A DNA stretch of 64,000 nucleotides. Origin: Takakia lepidozioides (Eukaryota; Plantae; Bryophyta). The stretch is from positions 68,510,001 through 68,574,000 of the forward strand of contig CM060732.1 of the NCBI GenBank assembly GCA_030704615.1, in the 5' to 3' direction. The position numbers were made by a program, and so were the translations under genes. The notes under the pieces are model-generated. The model was not told where the DNA came from. It saw nothing but the letters and a program-made list of their open reading frames with translations, and did not search any database. Positions 37,158-50,559 of the stretch are shown here, one piece after another. How positions within the stretch are numbered: position 1 is the first letter of the stretch; every line of letters starts with the position of its first letter.

Positions 37158-39066
37158 GAAATTGCGGGAAAGGAAGCTGTATGCCAAAGCTTCAAAGTGC
37201 GAATTCGGGGTCACAAATGGAGTTCCTAGGGCATGTGATTACACATGATGGGATCAAAATGGATGACAGAAAGCTGAGGGCAATCTTGGACTGGGAGCCT
37301 CCGACTTCGGTCCCAGGAGTGCGATCCTTCTTAAGACTCGCCTCCTATTACCAAAAGTATGTGAGAAATTTCGTCAAGATCACGGGAGTTTTGGCGCCAC
37401 TATGTTGGTTCCAACCCGGTAAAGGTGTTCACAAACAATGTTACGGTGAAGTATTTTGCCACACAGCCTAAATTGTCCCCAAAACAAATTAGGTGACAAG
37501 ACACTTTGGCAGTGTTCGACGTGGATATCTAGTACAAACCGGGACGAGACAATGTGGTGGCCGATGCTTTAAGTAGAAAGCAGCAACTCATGTTGGTGTA
37601 CATGGATGAGACGACGCTCCAAAGGAAGATCCGGAAGGCTTACCAGAAGGATGAGATACGAAGTCCGTGATGCGGGACTTGAGGATGGGGGTTAAATCGC
37701 AGTTCCACTTGCAAAATATACTGCTCCGGTACAAGCAAAAGCGTCTCTACGTGCCGAAGGGAGGGATTAGAGATAGTCTCTTGAGAGAATGTCATGATGG
37801 CCCGCTTGCGGGCCACGGCGGAGCCAAGCACACCGTGGCACTCTTGAAGAAAAAGTATTTATGGCCCAAACTGAGGGAGGAGGCCGAGGAGTATGTCAAG
37901 ACATGCACCACACGCCAACAAAACCGGAACGAATACAAAAAGCAAGCGGGGCTGTTAGAACCTTTGTGGATTCCAGAGGGGTCTTGGGAAAGTGTCTTGA
38001 TGGATTTCATGACTGTTATGCCACTGTCAAAAAGATTCGATGCAATCATGGTGGTGGTGGATAGGTTCAGTAAAATGGGCCATTTCATCCCCACCAAGGA
38101 GACGGCAACGGAGCAGGAGACGGAGCGACTTTGCTTCGCCCACGTCTTCAAGCATCATGGATTCCCGAAGGATATTCTCTCTTACCGCGATCCAAAGTTT
38201 ACAAGTAAATTTTGGAAGGCACTTTGGAAGAAAATGGGGACGAGGCTCAAGATGAGCACCGCCTTCTGACCTACGACGGACAACCAAACGGAAAGGGTGA
38301 ATTCCGTGGTGAAGCAGATCTTGCGGAATTACGTATCGGCAGACCAATCGGACTGGGTGGAGCACTTGGATGCGGCAGAGTTCTGTTATAATAACACAAA
38401 ACATTCCGCAACGGGAGTTTCCCCTTTCGTATTGGTCTATGGAAAAGCACCTCTGGTGCCGACAAGTTAGGCCGCCCAAGACGTTGAGGAACCGGCAGCA
38501 GTAGCGGTGCTGGAAGAACGCGAGCGTTTGTTGAAGCTCGCAAAGTACAACATTACCAAAGCTAGGAAACAGTATGAACGGCAGACGAATCGGAAACGGA
38601 GGGAAGTTAAGTTTGAGGCAGGCACGGAGGTCTGGTTGAACATCAAGAATTTTTAACTACCTCCGGAAGTGAGTCCGAAGTTCGTACCTCCGTATGCGGG
38701 GCCCTTTCGCATCCGGAAGGTTATGAATGAGGATGTGTATGAATCGGAGCTGCCGGCAAACAACAAGGTGCATCCGGTATTCCACGTCTCTTTTTTGAAG
38801 CCTTACTTCAAAGATGAAGCGCGTCCGAATCGGCGTCAAGTGTTGCGTCCGCCACCTATGCTGTTGGATCATGAAAATGAACCTGAGTAAGAGGTGGAGG
38901 CAGTGCTTAAGTCGAGGAGGTTCAAGAATCGAGAAACGGAGTATCTCGTGAAATGGAAGGGTTATCATCAAGTGGAGGCAACTTGGGTGCGTGCCTCAGA
39001 AATGGGAAACGCATCTGAGGCGGTTACAGCTTTCGAAGAGCGACCTCAAAAGTGGAAGAAGCGTTG
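37158..39066 (+). mobile_element. Chromovirus-type Ty3/Gypsy 3' half (RT end, largely deleted RNase H, integrase, chromodomain)
   Basis: KLYAKASKCEF, FLGHVIT, NVVADALSRK, HDGPLAGHGG, VVVDRFSK, GPF motif, and chromodomain EVEAVL...EYLVKWKGY...ATW (~38890-39045). Confidence 0.9.
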
Positions 39067-41132
39067 ATGGGGACATCAACCCTCGCTTTGATGCACGCGT
39101 CTAACTTCCAAACTGGCCGCCGGGCCAACTCGGAGCTTCGGCTGCTCACCAGGACATAACGGTCCTCTTTGCTCCTCCACAAGACCCCTCTCTCAATTTG
39201 GGCCTAGTAGAAATTCCCTTTGGTTGTTAGCAGTCCGGAACAACTCCCCACACCTTTGTCGCTTTCCGGCTCGCACGCTTATTCATTAGTTTTTGGTCAC
39301 CAACGGGCTTGCACCGTTCTCGGGGTTACTACTCCCTATATATACTTCTGTGACTGTCCACGGAGGTTTCACAAACAACGCCATCCTTTTATGGCGAACC
39401 ACCACGAAAACCCTCGATTCCCTGGTGATGAGTCGCGGTGAGTCTTGGCCCACCCACCACGGCCCCATTGGACCGTGATAAGTCCCAAGACTTCCCCACG
39501 ACTCCCACCACAAGGTCTCCGCCCCATGGTGAGTCCTATGCCACCCCCACTAAGACCCACTAAGCTACCACCACTCCTCGTGGATCCACCCCCACCGCAA
39601 CCCGGTGTGCGGGGCTCCACCTAGTGAGTGCCTCCGTCTCCTTGAGTGCCTTGGGCACTCAAGGGTGCTTCAGCCCCCGTTCCTATTGTTGCCAGTGCCC
39701 CCACCACAGGTGCAGCCCCTCTTGTGTCCCGACCCCCTGCCCTCAAGGCAAAGGGGCACGACATACACCCTACCAACAGGAAGTCGATGTCCTCATCGAC
39801 TTGTCCATTTTGTAGAAACGAACATCCAAGTTGTGGCGTCCCACATCAAGGAGTTTGTTTCCGTACCATGGCGTCCCATGGCAAAGAACCAAACCCCCAC
39901 TTGACTCAACTCTCCACTAGCTAGTTCGGCCAACTTCCTCCGAGTCCCGGCCAAGGGTGGAGCCTCTCAAGCTCATCCCAGTGCACTCTTCAAGGCCAAG
40001 GAATGATCCTCCCCGAGGAGCGGATCGCCTTATTGCAACAACAATGCTTGCGACCGCTCATGATGCCGCTTTTGGCATCACCTTGTGCAAAGGTTCACCT
40101 TGAACCCTTTTTTGACTAGGAAGATAACCTTCAACCAACCGTGCGCCCCAATCAGTACAATTAGGTCCGCCTTTGAATGCTGGCTTGAGGTACGGGAACA
40201 CGCCGAAGCCGCACGAGGCTACACGATTATAGTACGTGAACGGAAGCACGTAGCTTCTGCGTTAGCCCGCACTACAAGGCAACCCTCTCGGTAGCGCAGT
40301 TATAATACACGCACGCGCCAGGTGCGCACTAGCATATGAACTCCCAAAGAAGGCGCAAGTTTCCTTGCCCATTGGATAGGAGTCACCCAATTTCGGCACT
40401 GCGCAAACACACGATTAATCCAATTTACCTCTCCTACTTTTGTAAGCTAGCATGCATCCTACACACTAGCCAACCATACCATGCATCATCATTCCAAACA
40501 AAATAGGAAGCACAACATTTGGAAAACGTTTCATTTATAACAAAATTTGTACAACACAAGTTTTTGCAATCGGATTCCTGAGCTAGCTAAGCCGGGCTAA
40601 GCATGCATTTTCTCTCGGGAACAGGGGAGCAAGCCGTGTTCCATAGGGCAAAGAGGGGAGGGAGGACCGGGAACAGGAGAGTGAGCCGTGTGCCATGCGA
40701 GGACCAAGAACAAGAACATGGGAACGAGGATAAGGGATAGGGATAGGGAGTGGGAACAATGAGGGGAGAGAGGTAACAGGGGAGCGTAGCCACGATCTTG
40801 GAATTAGGATTATTTTCGAGATGAAAAAGTATATTTATCAGTCGCATTTGCGATTCAATCAGTCAAGGTGATTTCACTGCAACGGTTTAAACCTCAGACC
40901 TCCTCTTCGTAGTACTCACCACCTGGCCACCACACTACCATTTCACTTCTAGCCTCATCTTTGATTTCCTAATGCTTTATTCTACAAATATAGGCTCGCA
41001 AGTGAGAGGGGAGCAAAGGGGGGTGGGGATTTGACAGTGCGCCCCGCCGGAACGCCGCCACTACGGTCATCCCCGGCGACCGTACCAGCAAGGCTCCCAC
41101 GCTTGCATTCAACTCGTCGGGTAAGCGTAGTC

Positions 41133-41261
41133 TGCTCCGTGATGAATCATGGACCGATTTAAATTTGCAAGCAAACACGCTGAATGGCGGGCCATTTGGA
41201 ATAGGTGAAATCTGGTGAAATGCTAGCAAATTTAAATCGGTCCATGATTCATCATGGAGCA
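41133..41261. repeat. 41-bp inverted repeat (39/41 match) with a 47-nt loop
   Basis: tgctccgtgatgaatcatggaccgatttaaatttgcaagca (41133-41173) versus 41221-41261. Confidence 0.85.
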
Positions 41262-41471
41262 CAAGCTGCTACAAGTGCTTGCAACTTAACTTACCCGCAC
41301 AAATTTACAGCTTGTGCTAAATTTGCAAGCATCTCAGCTTGTGCTAATTACCCTAGTCCTCACACAGTTCTCGTAGCCTCCTCATCACCTCGGTCGACTG
41401 GTAGTTGAGGATCACATGCTGATCGAGCAGGCTACTAACGATGGTTGGGGTTCCTACAAGATACTCTTCCT

Positions 41472-42619
41472 CTGGGCTGTCTTTGTCTTAATATCCTACA
41501 GTGAATGCATGTTTGATATGGGTCTGAGTTGTATTGGGCACTCTTCAAAGTGATGTATACCATGTATGGACTGCAATCTGGAACACTATGGGCCGCTATC
41601 TGGCAGGCCCATTCCCTGTTGCATGGTGGACCTTAAGCTCTGAGCCTCTCCTGGGCAGGCTGAATTTCAGTGTGGAAGTTCTTTGTGGATGACTTGTTTC
41701 AAACCCTGTATTTGTCTCTTGTGCGTTTGTTCCCAGTGAGCTGTCCTTGACCAGGCACTTTTTCCAGGCGACAACTCTTGGTTTTGATGAAGGTAAATCA
41801 TCACGTTCTCCACTATCTACACATTGGAGTTTTGAGCGATTTTTGAGATAACACCTCAAATTTTAAAACCCTAAACCCTGAGTTCAAAAACTTAAAAGTG
41901 GAGCTGTGACAAAAGTTCACAGCCTGATTCAATGCTGAATTTACTCATACCACAATTATGGCTGGTGCCTGTGGGTTATGCGTCAGATTTGCTTTACAAG
42001 GATGTTGGCTGGCTTCCTTCCTTTAGTAGAGTATTGGGGCAGACTTAACTCCTCAATTAGTTAACCCTACCTTGTTTCCACCATCTCTGATCCATCTTGA
42101 TAACCTTTTACCATATTAGTGGGTGTGTATTGGACTCCAGAGTGTCCACTATTGGGAAAAGGTTGTTTAACTCATAATGATAAGCTTTCTGGCCTTCTTG
42201 CAGATTTAGATATAACAAGATCTGTGTGGAGTGCGCGGGAGCAAGAAGACAGAGGCTCTGGACAATACTTTGGTGGGTACTCTGGAATCTTGAATTAGCA
42301 AAACATCCGCTCAGTCCTAGTCGGTACCATGTTCTTAGTTGCTTATACATCTCCAAAAAACTTCCAGAGGCATTCAGTCTCCCTCGGACGTGAAAGGTGA
42401 CTGAGGCCTCTTATCCTAGGTCCCAATCATGGCCATAATCTGCTGAAGCTTTTAGGCACATGCAAGGAGCAAAGATAGATGCCACATTGCAGCCTTCCTT
42501 GTCTACTTTGCATGTTCTTATCCTCAGTTGTGAAAATGGCACAACTGTACATGACTTGTTGTTTACCTTTTTGTTTTTTGTTTGCTCCTCTGAATTCATA
42601 TAGGTGTTGCTTGGGTTCT
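41472..42619 (+). pseudogene. Partial genomic duplicate (introns and exons) of the INTS1-like gene
   Basis: Near-identical to 60327-61513. The exon DLDITRSVWSAREQED is frameshifted here. Confidence 0.88.
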
Positions 42620-42642
42620 GGTTGTACTTCGTTCCGCTATCA

Positions 42643-43720
42643 TCACCAATAATCCCCACAAGAACATGCACCATTCTTGAAGTGATGAAAGCGGTTGGTG
42701 TCCTTTGCAGCAATTTCTTGTCCAACAATCTTGGAGATAAACTTGGTGGCACTGTGGCAATCACTGCACACCCGAAGGTTCTTAAATATATGGATAGGTG
42801 TCCCAGGGGGTGTGCTAATTAGGCTGAAAGCAATGGCCAACTTTTCACTGTGGTGGCAAAGGGCCTGTTCCGTATGCTGCTGCTCGACATCATGCATCAC
42901 AAACCGTGTGTCTGGCACATATCCCACCTCCTTTATCTGCCTAGTCAATCTCTCTAACTCTGCATGGATTTTCTTTGCTCATGGGTGTGATCTACTCTAC
43001 GGTGAAAGTATGCACCCTGTTGTTGACCTGAATCCAGCTGCACCCTGGCTCTTTTCTGACCCCTCTGTCCTTCATTGTTTTTCTTACGTTTGCTACATTA
43101 TCCCACCTGCCAGCCACAGCATAGATGTTTGACAGCAGCACATACACGGCAGCGTTTTGTGGTTGCCACTTGAGAGAGCACAGTCTGCAACCCGTTCAGC
43201 CAGCTCCACATTGCCATAAATTCTGCAGGCACCAAGCAAGGCCCCCATACAGCAGCACCTGGTTCAAATGGCATGCCGTGAATAAACTCCTCTGCCTCAT
43301 CCAAATGCCCTGCACGGCCAAAGAAGGTCAACTATGCAGCCATAGTGTTGTTCTGTTGGTGTGATGCCATAATCTCGACTCATGGAATGGAAGATAGCCT
43401 TCATCCACTAGGCCCATATGGCTGCATGCAGATAGAACACCAATAAATGTGACAATGTCTGGAGGCACTCCTTCCGATTGCATTTGGTCAAAGGTGTGGC
43501 CAGCCTCCTTACCATGCCCATGCTGGGCATTTCCACCAATCATCACGTTCCATGAGACGACATCTCGATTAATAATCCACACTTGGAATACATCTCCACA
43601 AGTACACGCAAACATCTGACTCAAATCCAGATCGCAGGAAGTAGGCAGGCACTCGCTTGCCCTCGTCCAGGGCAGCTATGCTGGTACATGCAGTGAGGAT
43701 GCTTATGAAAGTGACCTTGT
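42643..43720 (-). pseudogene. 5'-truncated PLS-PPR-DYW pseudogene with an open DYW domain
   Basis: HHSEKLAIAF...KNLRVCSDCH...CSCGDYW* (42948-42643). Upstream PPR/E repeats are frameshifted. Confidence 0.88.
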
Positions 43721-44078
43721 CTCGGGACCTACAAGAAGAAGAAACTCATGGAGAATCTATGGTGTGAACTCGGGTTCAGGTGCTATTTTGACACTGATAT
43801 GGTTAGAACCTGACCTGAAGGCCTGCAGTCCTATATGTGGAAACCTATACACAGCTTTTTGATAAACACGCAAATGCCATCGCTCCATTCTTAGTCAAAT
43901 TCAGATTAGAAAGACAAGTTTGTACCAATAGCCACATCACCGTACCTGATTTAAGTTCAAAAAGCATAATGGATCTACCCGTTCTCCTTCCCTGGATTGG
44001 CATCTGAAGCCCTGAACATTGGCACTGCAGTTGGCCAAGCTCATCAACATTTCAAAATTTATATTACTGAAAGCCAAT

Positions 44079-45281
44079 CTAGGCTGTATCTTTTTCTGAT
44101 GATGATGTGGTGGTGGCTGGAGCCTCTGCCTTAGGTGCCTCTACTGGTGTGGCCTCAGTGTGGGAGCCCTGGACTTCTGCCTGGAACTCATTTGTAGAAG
44201 TTTTAACCTCTGATTCAAACTCCTTAGCTGCCTGCAAGCAATCGACACCATGTTTCCACATTCAATGTCCAATCAAGAGGTTATACTAGCCTTCACTCCC
44301 TCCGAACCATACTACTGTTGAGTGTTCTGCCCATGGAATGGTATCTCATCAGACCAAGTGCATAGACAAGGACCAATCCCCTCCCAAGTAGCGGGAGGGA
44401 GCACCAACATATTGCAGCCTATGTCATTTGACGGTGGTCACGAACTACTCTTTCCCCATGACAACATGTACCATATTGCCCAACCAAATAGAACCGGCAT
44501 GTCAAACCAATCCTTTACCCTTTTTAAGCATGGCATCGAGATCTACAATACCACTCAGAGGGACTATTTACCTCCTGGAAGCTCTTTACAGTTTTTCCAA
44601 GTGACTTGCCAAGCTCTGGCAGCTTTTTGGGGCCAAACACAAGGGCCACCACTCCTGCAATCACCACAAGCTCTGGTACTCCAAGACCAAACAGTCCCCG
44701 AACCACCAAGGCTCCCCTCTTTCGGCTGTGAACTGGCCTTGGGGCTGCTGCTACAAGGCAATCTTTCCCTTCAATAAACACCAGACTAGAGCTTGAGGCA
44801 TGCACTCCTGCACCAATCCACCAGCATGGAGTTTTGAGTGGTGTCGTTTCTCTGATAAAATTGTCTTAAAATATTTCAGAAAGTTCCAGTAAAAAGGGCC
44901 CCTGTGTTCATACTTTTGAGCAACTACAGCAGAATTCGCCAAAAACTGACTGATTTTAGGGATGACGATTCACCTCCCACAAAAGGGTTCAGTTTTCGAT
45001 CAAAACTTCACTCCCGTGCCTCTCATTAGTATTGGAGGAGGAAACATGATATTTGGCCTATGCTTTATGAAGTCCAGTAACAGATTGAAACTTACGGAAC
45101 GGCTTGCAGAAAAAGAGAGAGATGCAAAACCTGAGGTGAGGAAGGGGCTGGAAACGGTCACCCTTGCTAAAGATCTCAGCTCGACTCCTGAAGACGCTGG
45201 AGAGATAGCCCGTGCTGTTGCGACGCATGACTTCCTCACAGCCGTCAGTTGAGATGCACAAACTGATGCGCCTGCTGCCAT
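44079..45281 (-). CDS. TATA: Plastid twin-arginine translocase subunit TatA/Tha4; exons 45281-45131, 44807-44572, 44231-44079
   Basis: Transit-peptide-like N-terminus, then GLFGLGVPELVVIAGVVALVFGPKKLPELGKSLGKTVKSFQE|AAKEFE. Splice phases are consistent. Confidence 0.92.
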
Positions 45282-47069
45282 TTTCCTCTTCCTCTGTATA
45301 TGACCTCGTTCGTTTGTGTCAATGAGAGATAAACCTGCTGTGCCCAACTATTTATCTTTATAGAACCTTACTTCTAACAGCTTTAACACAGACACGCCCA
45401 ATAAAGGGAGGATGCACCAGGCAATCTGCCCACTAAAACATTCAAGAGAAGAGGCAGCACAGCACGGCAAAGCACAGCGCAGTGCAGCACAAGCAGTGTA
45501 TGAGCCCAGGTTGAGGTCTGCCTCGGATCAAAGCACTTACACAGTGTACACCCTGTAATCAAGCACGCCCAAGTGGCAGTCAAGATAGAACCACCTTTTG
45601 TGCCAAAACATATCCAGTAGGCAACCTACCATAATTCTAATTCTATTTTCTTAAGGTGAAAAGCGCAGGGAAGAGTTGGGTTTGCACTCTAAGCACCATC
45701 TAAACACCATCTAAGCACCATTTAAACCTGGGCAGATGTTTGTTGTGTACTTATTTCATTCCTTGTCTGGGTCGTCCACATCCCACTCGGTTTGGGAAAG
45801 ATTGAAGCCTAAAAGCTGGCGTTTTTATTTGGTTATATTGCTTGCTTCTGTTTCTAGATTGAGCTCAAGTGTGCTTTTCCACTGCTGGATTAACCAATCT
45901 GCTGGATTGACATGTCCATCTGCTTACAAGCATGTAGCTGTGGGAGCAGCCATGGCGTGGATAAGGGGAGGTCGCTTCCGAGAGAAATCACTGCAGCACG
46001 GGTGTGGCAAGGTCTTGAAAATCTCCACTATGTACTTCATAGCCTCTCCTTAATTTCTCTGCAATGGGTTTTATACCTGTATTTGTTTTCTCACTGTGTT
46101 TGAGGGGAGGGGGCAGTGTCAGCAGGGCTGGAGCAAGCGCAAGCGCGGGCATGGAAGACGTTAGTGCGGCAGCACCATATGCAATTTGGTGAGATTCGCA
46201 GGAGAAGAGCATGGCAGGTAGGACCCCGTGCCAAGCAACCAAGCCCTTGAACGCATGTGGGCTAGACTTTTGAAGTGTGGAGAGGGCGGAGGATGTGGAG
46301 ATGTTGAAGGTGGGGGTTGTGGCCGGTGGATGAACCAGGTTTGGAGCACTCCAGAGCGTCGGAGAGACAGTCTCAACATAGAGCGTTCTCTTCCAGATTT
46401 TGAAGAGCTTGATAAAGGTAAGCATGCTTTTGAGGCATAACAAGGAAGGCAGAGGCTGCTGCTCCTGGACTAGCTTCCGGAGCTTATTGCTCTTTCTTAT
46501 GCCCTTTTTCTTATGTATGTGCAGATGAGTTACGAACATTTCTGGATCTTGAGCTGGAGAGCGATTTTGACTTTGAAATGTGTAAGTGACTTTTTTCCTG
46601 TGTTGTTTAGTAGTTGTGCGTGAATGCAGCAGGTTTTCCTGTTGTCCTCTTGGGTATCCGATTGATGCTCCAGAACTAGCAGCATTGAAAGATGATAATT
46701 GGTCTGAAGGTGTGTGTGTGTGCACCAGAGGTTTAGGGTTTAGATGTTCTGAATGTACGTTTGTGTGGTCAAGTTCATCTTGGTCTGCCTTCGACGGGCC
46801 TTGCATTTTGGGAGCCACTTCGGATGTGCTCCAGTCTTTGCAAACTTAGGTGATGGGAGGGCTATTCGGGCAGTGTTTCTGGGCTTAGCATCTAAAGGTG
46901 GAGCCCCATTTGAGAACGTTCTGGCATGGGGCATCCAAATGTGGGCTTCGATTGGCCGGATAAAACGTTTTAGCAACAGCAGAGGAGTAGGAGAAAAGTA
47001 AGGAAGCAGCCATGTGGATTGGGGGGACTCACGGTTTCTTTCTTTCTGGGTCACTTGGATCTTGCAAGG

Positions 47070-47982
47070 CAGCGCGCCATTATGAGATCATGTTCCTGAT
47101 TCATGAAGACTTCTTTGAGGATGTCCAAACAGTCATTAAAAAGGTTCAAGGTATTTTGTGCATCCTTCATGTCATCATTTCTTCAACCACATGACTCTTA
47201 CCCTGCCTCTTTTAATTCCTTGAGCTGGTAGAGCTTGGCAAGATAGGGAAGGCAAGCGGACACGAGTAATAAGGGCGTATATCCTTTAACTAACAGCATT
47301 GCAATGGAAAAGTCTTACAAGCTGGCTATCATCATGTGCGATCAAACGTGCTGCTCTTGCTGACATAGAGACCTAAGTGTGGGATCTCTCAGATTCATCT
47401 TTTCTGATATTGGCATTACTGTTCCTCTCGTGTTACCTGATTCTGGTGTTCTATATGGCCGCTCAGGCTACTTTACTGCATGGGTGGGATCTCTCAGATT
47501 CATCTTTTCTGATATTGGCATTACTGTTCCTCTCGTGTTACCTGATTCTGGTGTTCTATATGGCCGCTCAGGCTACTTTACTGCATGGCAGTAAGAGTGG
47601 AGGGGTTGACATCTTGTGTTGTGAGTTTTGTGGTGCAGACTTCATTGCAGAAAAGAAAGGAAAAGTCTGGAGGTTGAATGACTGGGGTTTAAGGCGTCTT
47701 TGTTATAAAATCAAGAAGGCAAACAAAGCCTACTATGTGCTAATGAACATAGAAATCAGCTCACAGGCTATCAACCAGCTTAATACCTTGCTCGAGAAGG
47801 ATGAGCGAGTGATTCGGCACATGTGTATTACCCAAAAGGAAGCCATCACAGCAGCCTGTGAACCTCCTCCTGAATATTTCCCTGAGGCTGACCCTGGCAG
47901 CGACAAGGACAATGACGACTCTGAAAAGGAGGAAGAGGAAGAGGAGGAAGAAGACCCAGTGCTTCAAGAACAATCAAGTTGA
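47070..47982 (+). CDS. RFC3: bS6-domain plastid protein RFC3-like (core exons ~47070-47150 and ~47639-47982; 5' exons probably ~45950-46420, unresolved)
   Basis: RHYEIMFLIHED...KVQ|DFIAEKKGKVWRLNDWGLRRLCYKIKKA...YVLMN...DERVIRH...PPPEY followed by an acidic tail. Confidence 0.8.
47379..47588. repeat. Perfect 105-bp tandem duplication inside the RFC3-like intron
   Basis: 47379-47483 is identical to 47484-47588. Confidence 0.92.
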
Positions 47983-48485
47983 AGTTCAGGTTGAGGCTTT
48001 GGTTCAAATCCATTATTGTTCTACATTGGTTTCGAAATTTCTCGTGCTTCAGAAACTTGAGTCTTACTGACATATCAGATCCAGCCCTCTGTCTGTGTTC
48101 ATTTCCATCGAGTTTGGTTGCTTCTCTAGTTGGTCCTGTTTAATGGGTACTGTGACTTCCTTCAACGCACTCCCGTTGCCTTCCAAACCATGAAGGCCAT
48201 TCTGAACCCCCACATATCTCCGGAGCTCATAAGCAGAGCAGCCTTGTCGCATCCTCACAGAGAAGCGGGGTCATGCCAGAACATCATCACAGTCATCCTC
48301 AGAGCCAGAGGGCATCTGCTCAGAGTGCCAGTCATCCAAAGGTGCCAGATCCTCTGTGAGAAGTAGCAGTGCAATCACTACGCCAGGGATCAAGCCCACC
48401 AACAGAAACCCCCACCACCTTGCCACAAGTGGGTCCAGCATATGCCCATTGCAGAACCTGGAATAATATTCTATAAACTGTGAGG

Positions 48486-49501
48486 GTGGTGCAGTGGTGG
48501 CATTCAACGACAGAGGAGAGGGAGGAAGTGATCTTAAGTGGCAGTGGGGTAGCCAAGAGATTGCAGTCCTCTCTTCCTACACATACCTGGGCGTTGAGTT
48601 TTCCTCCAACTGTAACTGGGATGCACATATCCAGAAAGTTGTTCAAACTGGCAAGGGCAAAGCGCTGAGTCTCACTAAATTTTTCCACTGCAGAGGGATT
48701 AACTCTGAGGTCAAGAAAACCTTGCTTTGCTGCGTTATTAGACCTGCCCTTGGAGTACGGATCTGCTATATGGGTTGATAACTCCAACCAGGCTAAGTCT
48801 CTAGAATCCATTCAAGTGGGGGTGCTTAAGGAGTGCATGTCAGCATGCTCCAAAACAGCCAATATGGTCGTGGGGTGAGTTTGGCGTCCCTTCCTTGAGC
48901 TCCCCATGAGATGAATTCAATGTCAGATGGTGGGGTCAGTTGCAACACATGTCCAACACCAGATACCCTAAGTTAATAGACTCTATATCTTGGAAACAGG
49001 ACTGCCCTGTCAAACAAGCTAAGTCCTGGCAGAAGAGAGTAGAAGAGATTCTCAAGGATCTGAATCTGGACCCGCAAGTCTTGACCTTGCTGGATAAATC
49101 TGACTTAAGAGACTATAGTGTCCAAAGCCATGTCTGTTACCAGAAAATTGTCTGATGCAAATGAAGTTAGGCAGAAAACTTTCCTCAACTCTCCTCAAAA
49201 TCTATCAAGAGAATTGTGCCTGTACCTCCGTTTACCAACTTTGTTAGTCTCGAGGTTTAGCTAAAAGCCCAGGCCCTTCTGAGGCCTAGTTTTTGGGCAA
49301 ATCACACACAGCAGATTGATGCTTGTGTGAAGGGATTTCTAGAGGATATCTGGAAAACCCGAATCAATTCTATGTATAAAGGTAAGTCTTACTACCAATG
49401 TCTGCCCCTGACAGAGGTAGGTTCTGTCCCTTTGGTTTCCGCTCAAACTGGGCGCGGAGTCAATGGCCATAAGGCTACGGCAAACAACGTCTTATGAGTA
49501 C
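48486..49501 (+). mobile_element. 5'-truncated copy of the same RTE-group LINE with an 18-bp TSD
   Basis: YTYLGV, IRPALEY-like and 3' end KATANNVL*GTAC. TSD ATTCTATAAACTGTGAGG at 48468-48485 and 49502-49519. Confidence 0.92.
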
Positions 49502-50559
49502 ATTCTATAAACTGTGAGGACATCCAGAGAGAGAGTAGGGAAGAGAGGGAGCAACATCACACTTGTCTCTGCTTAGGCAACATATCAAAAGGCAGCATGA
49601 ATATGAGAAGCTTCAGATCACATAGTGGTTGTAGGGAATAACCATACTGATAGCAGACTCCATAAAATGTAGTTTGTTGTGTGGGATTGAATATCATACC
49701 CAGCACGTATGCTTATCATTGTGATCCCCACCTTTCCTGACATGCAGAACAGGCTGGAGGATATTGCAGATGCTGACTTAGACTGGCCTTCAATCTCATG
49801 TGTTGTCTTACTGTTGTTCGAGTTGGATCAAGTCAAAAATTCCGTCTATCAGGAGATTGACATGCCGCTGGACCGGTGTGTAGCCCTGTCTCATGGGTGC
49901 GATGTTGATGCATGGATATGCCATTTCACTCCAAAGGGAGACACACCATGGTTGGCAAAACATGAAGACCTACCTAATCAAATATAAGCATTTGTTCTTT
50001 GGGGGATTGACAAGATTGCACATGACACTAGATTTCCCAGACTTATGTATAAAGATTACCTGTCGTACAATGAGTATGCATTCCACCCTAGCTTCATAGG
50101 GAGCCCTGATTATCTTGTGTAACAAAAACTTCTGAAACAAAACTCCAAGCAATTGGTCAACTTTGATGTGTACTCCCTCTACACTGAAGACTCTAATTTC
50201 AAGTCAGCTGGTTGAGCGGGATTTCTAGGATCTAAGAACTTTGCTTGATTTCAGCAAAGAAGCTTTGAAAAAGGAAATCTTTTAGAGTTCGACTTTGGTA
50301 CCTATATTCAATGTTGGGCCTGACTGTTGCAGTAAATGGAAATTTTTTGCTTACAGCAGGTGTTGAATGCAGAGTGTTGTTCTAATGTATGTCCCTGCAG
50401 TGTATCCAGTTTCACTTTCTTGCATTTCAGACACATCATCTCATGCAGTGCCCCATCTCCTCGGAAGATAGAGGACAAATCTTACTATGGGTTATTTATT
50501 ACCCACATCTAAAAGGATATGAGGTTGCACTCCATGTACATCACAAAGACTATCATGAT

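Noticed and set aside
45988-46818. 276-aa minus-strand ORF
   Set aside because: No recognisable domain; antisense to the RFC3-like 5' region.
47377-47638. Hydrophobic duplicated N-terminus of ORF 47377-47982
   Set aside because: Artefact of reading through an intron that contains the 105-bp duplication.
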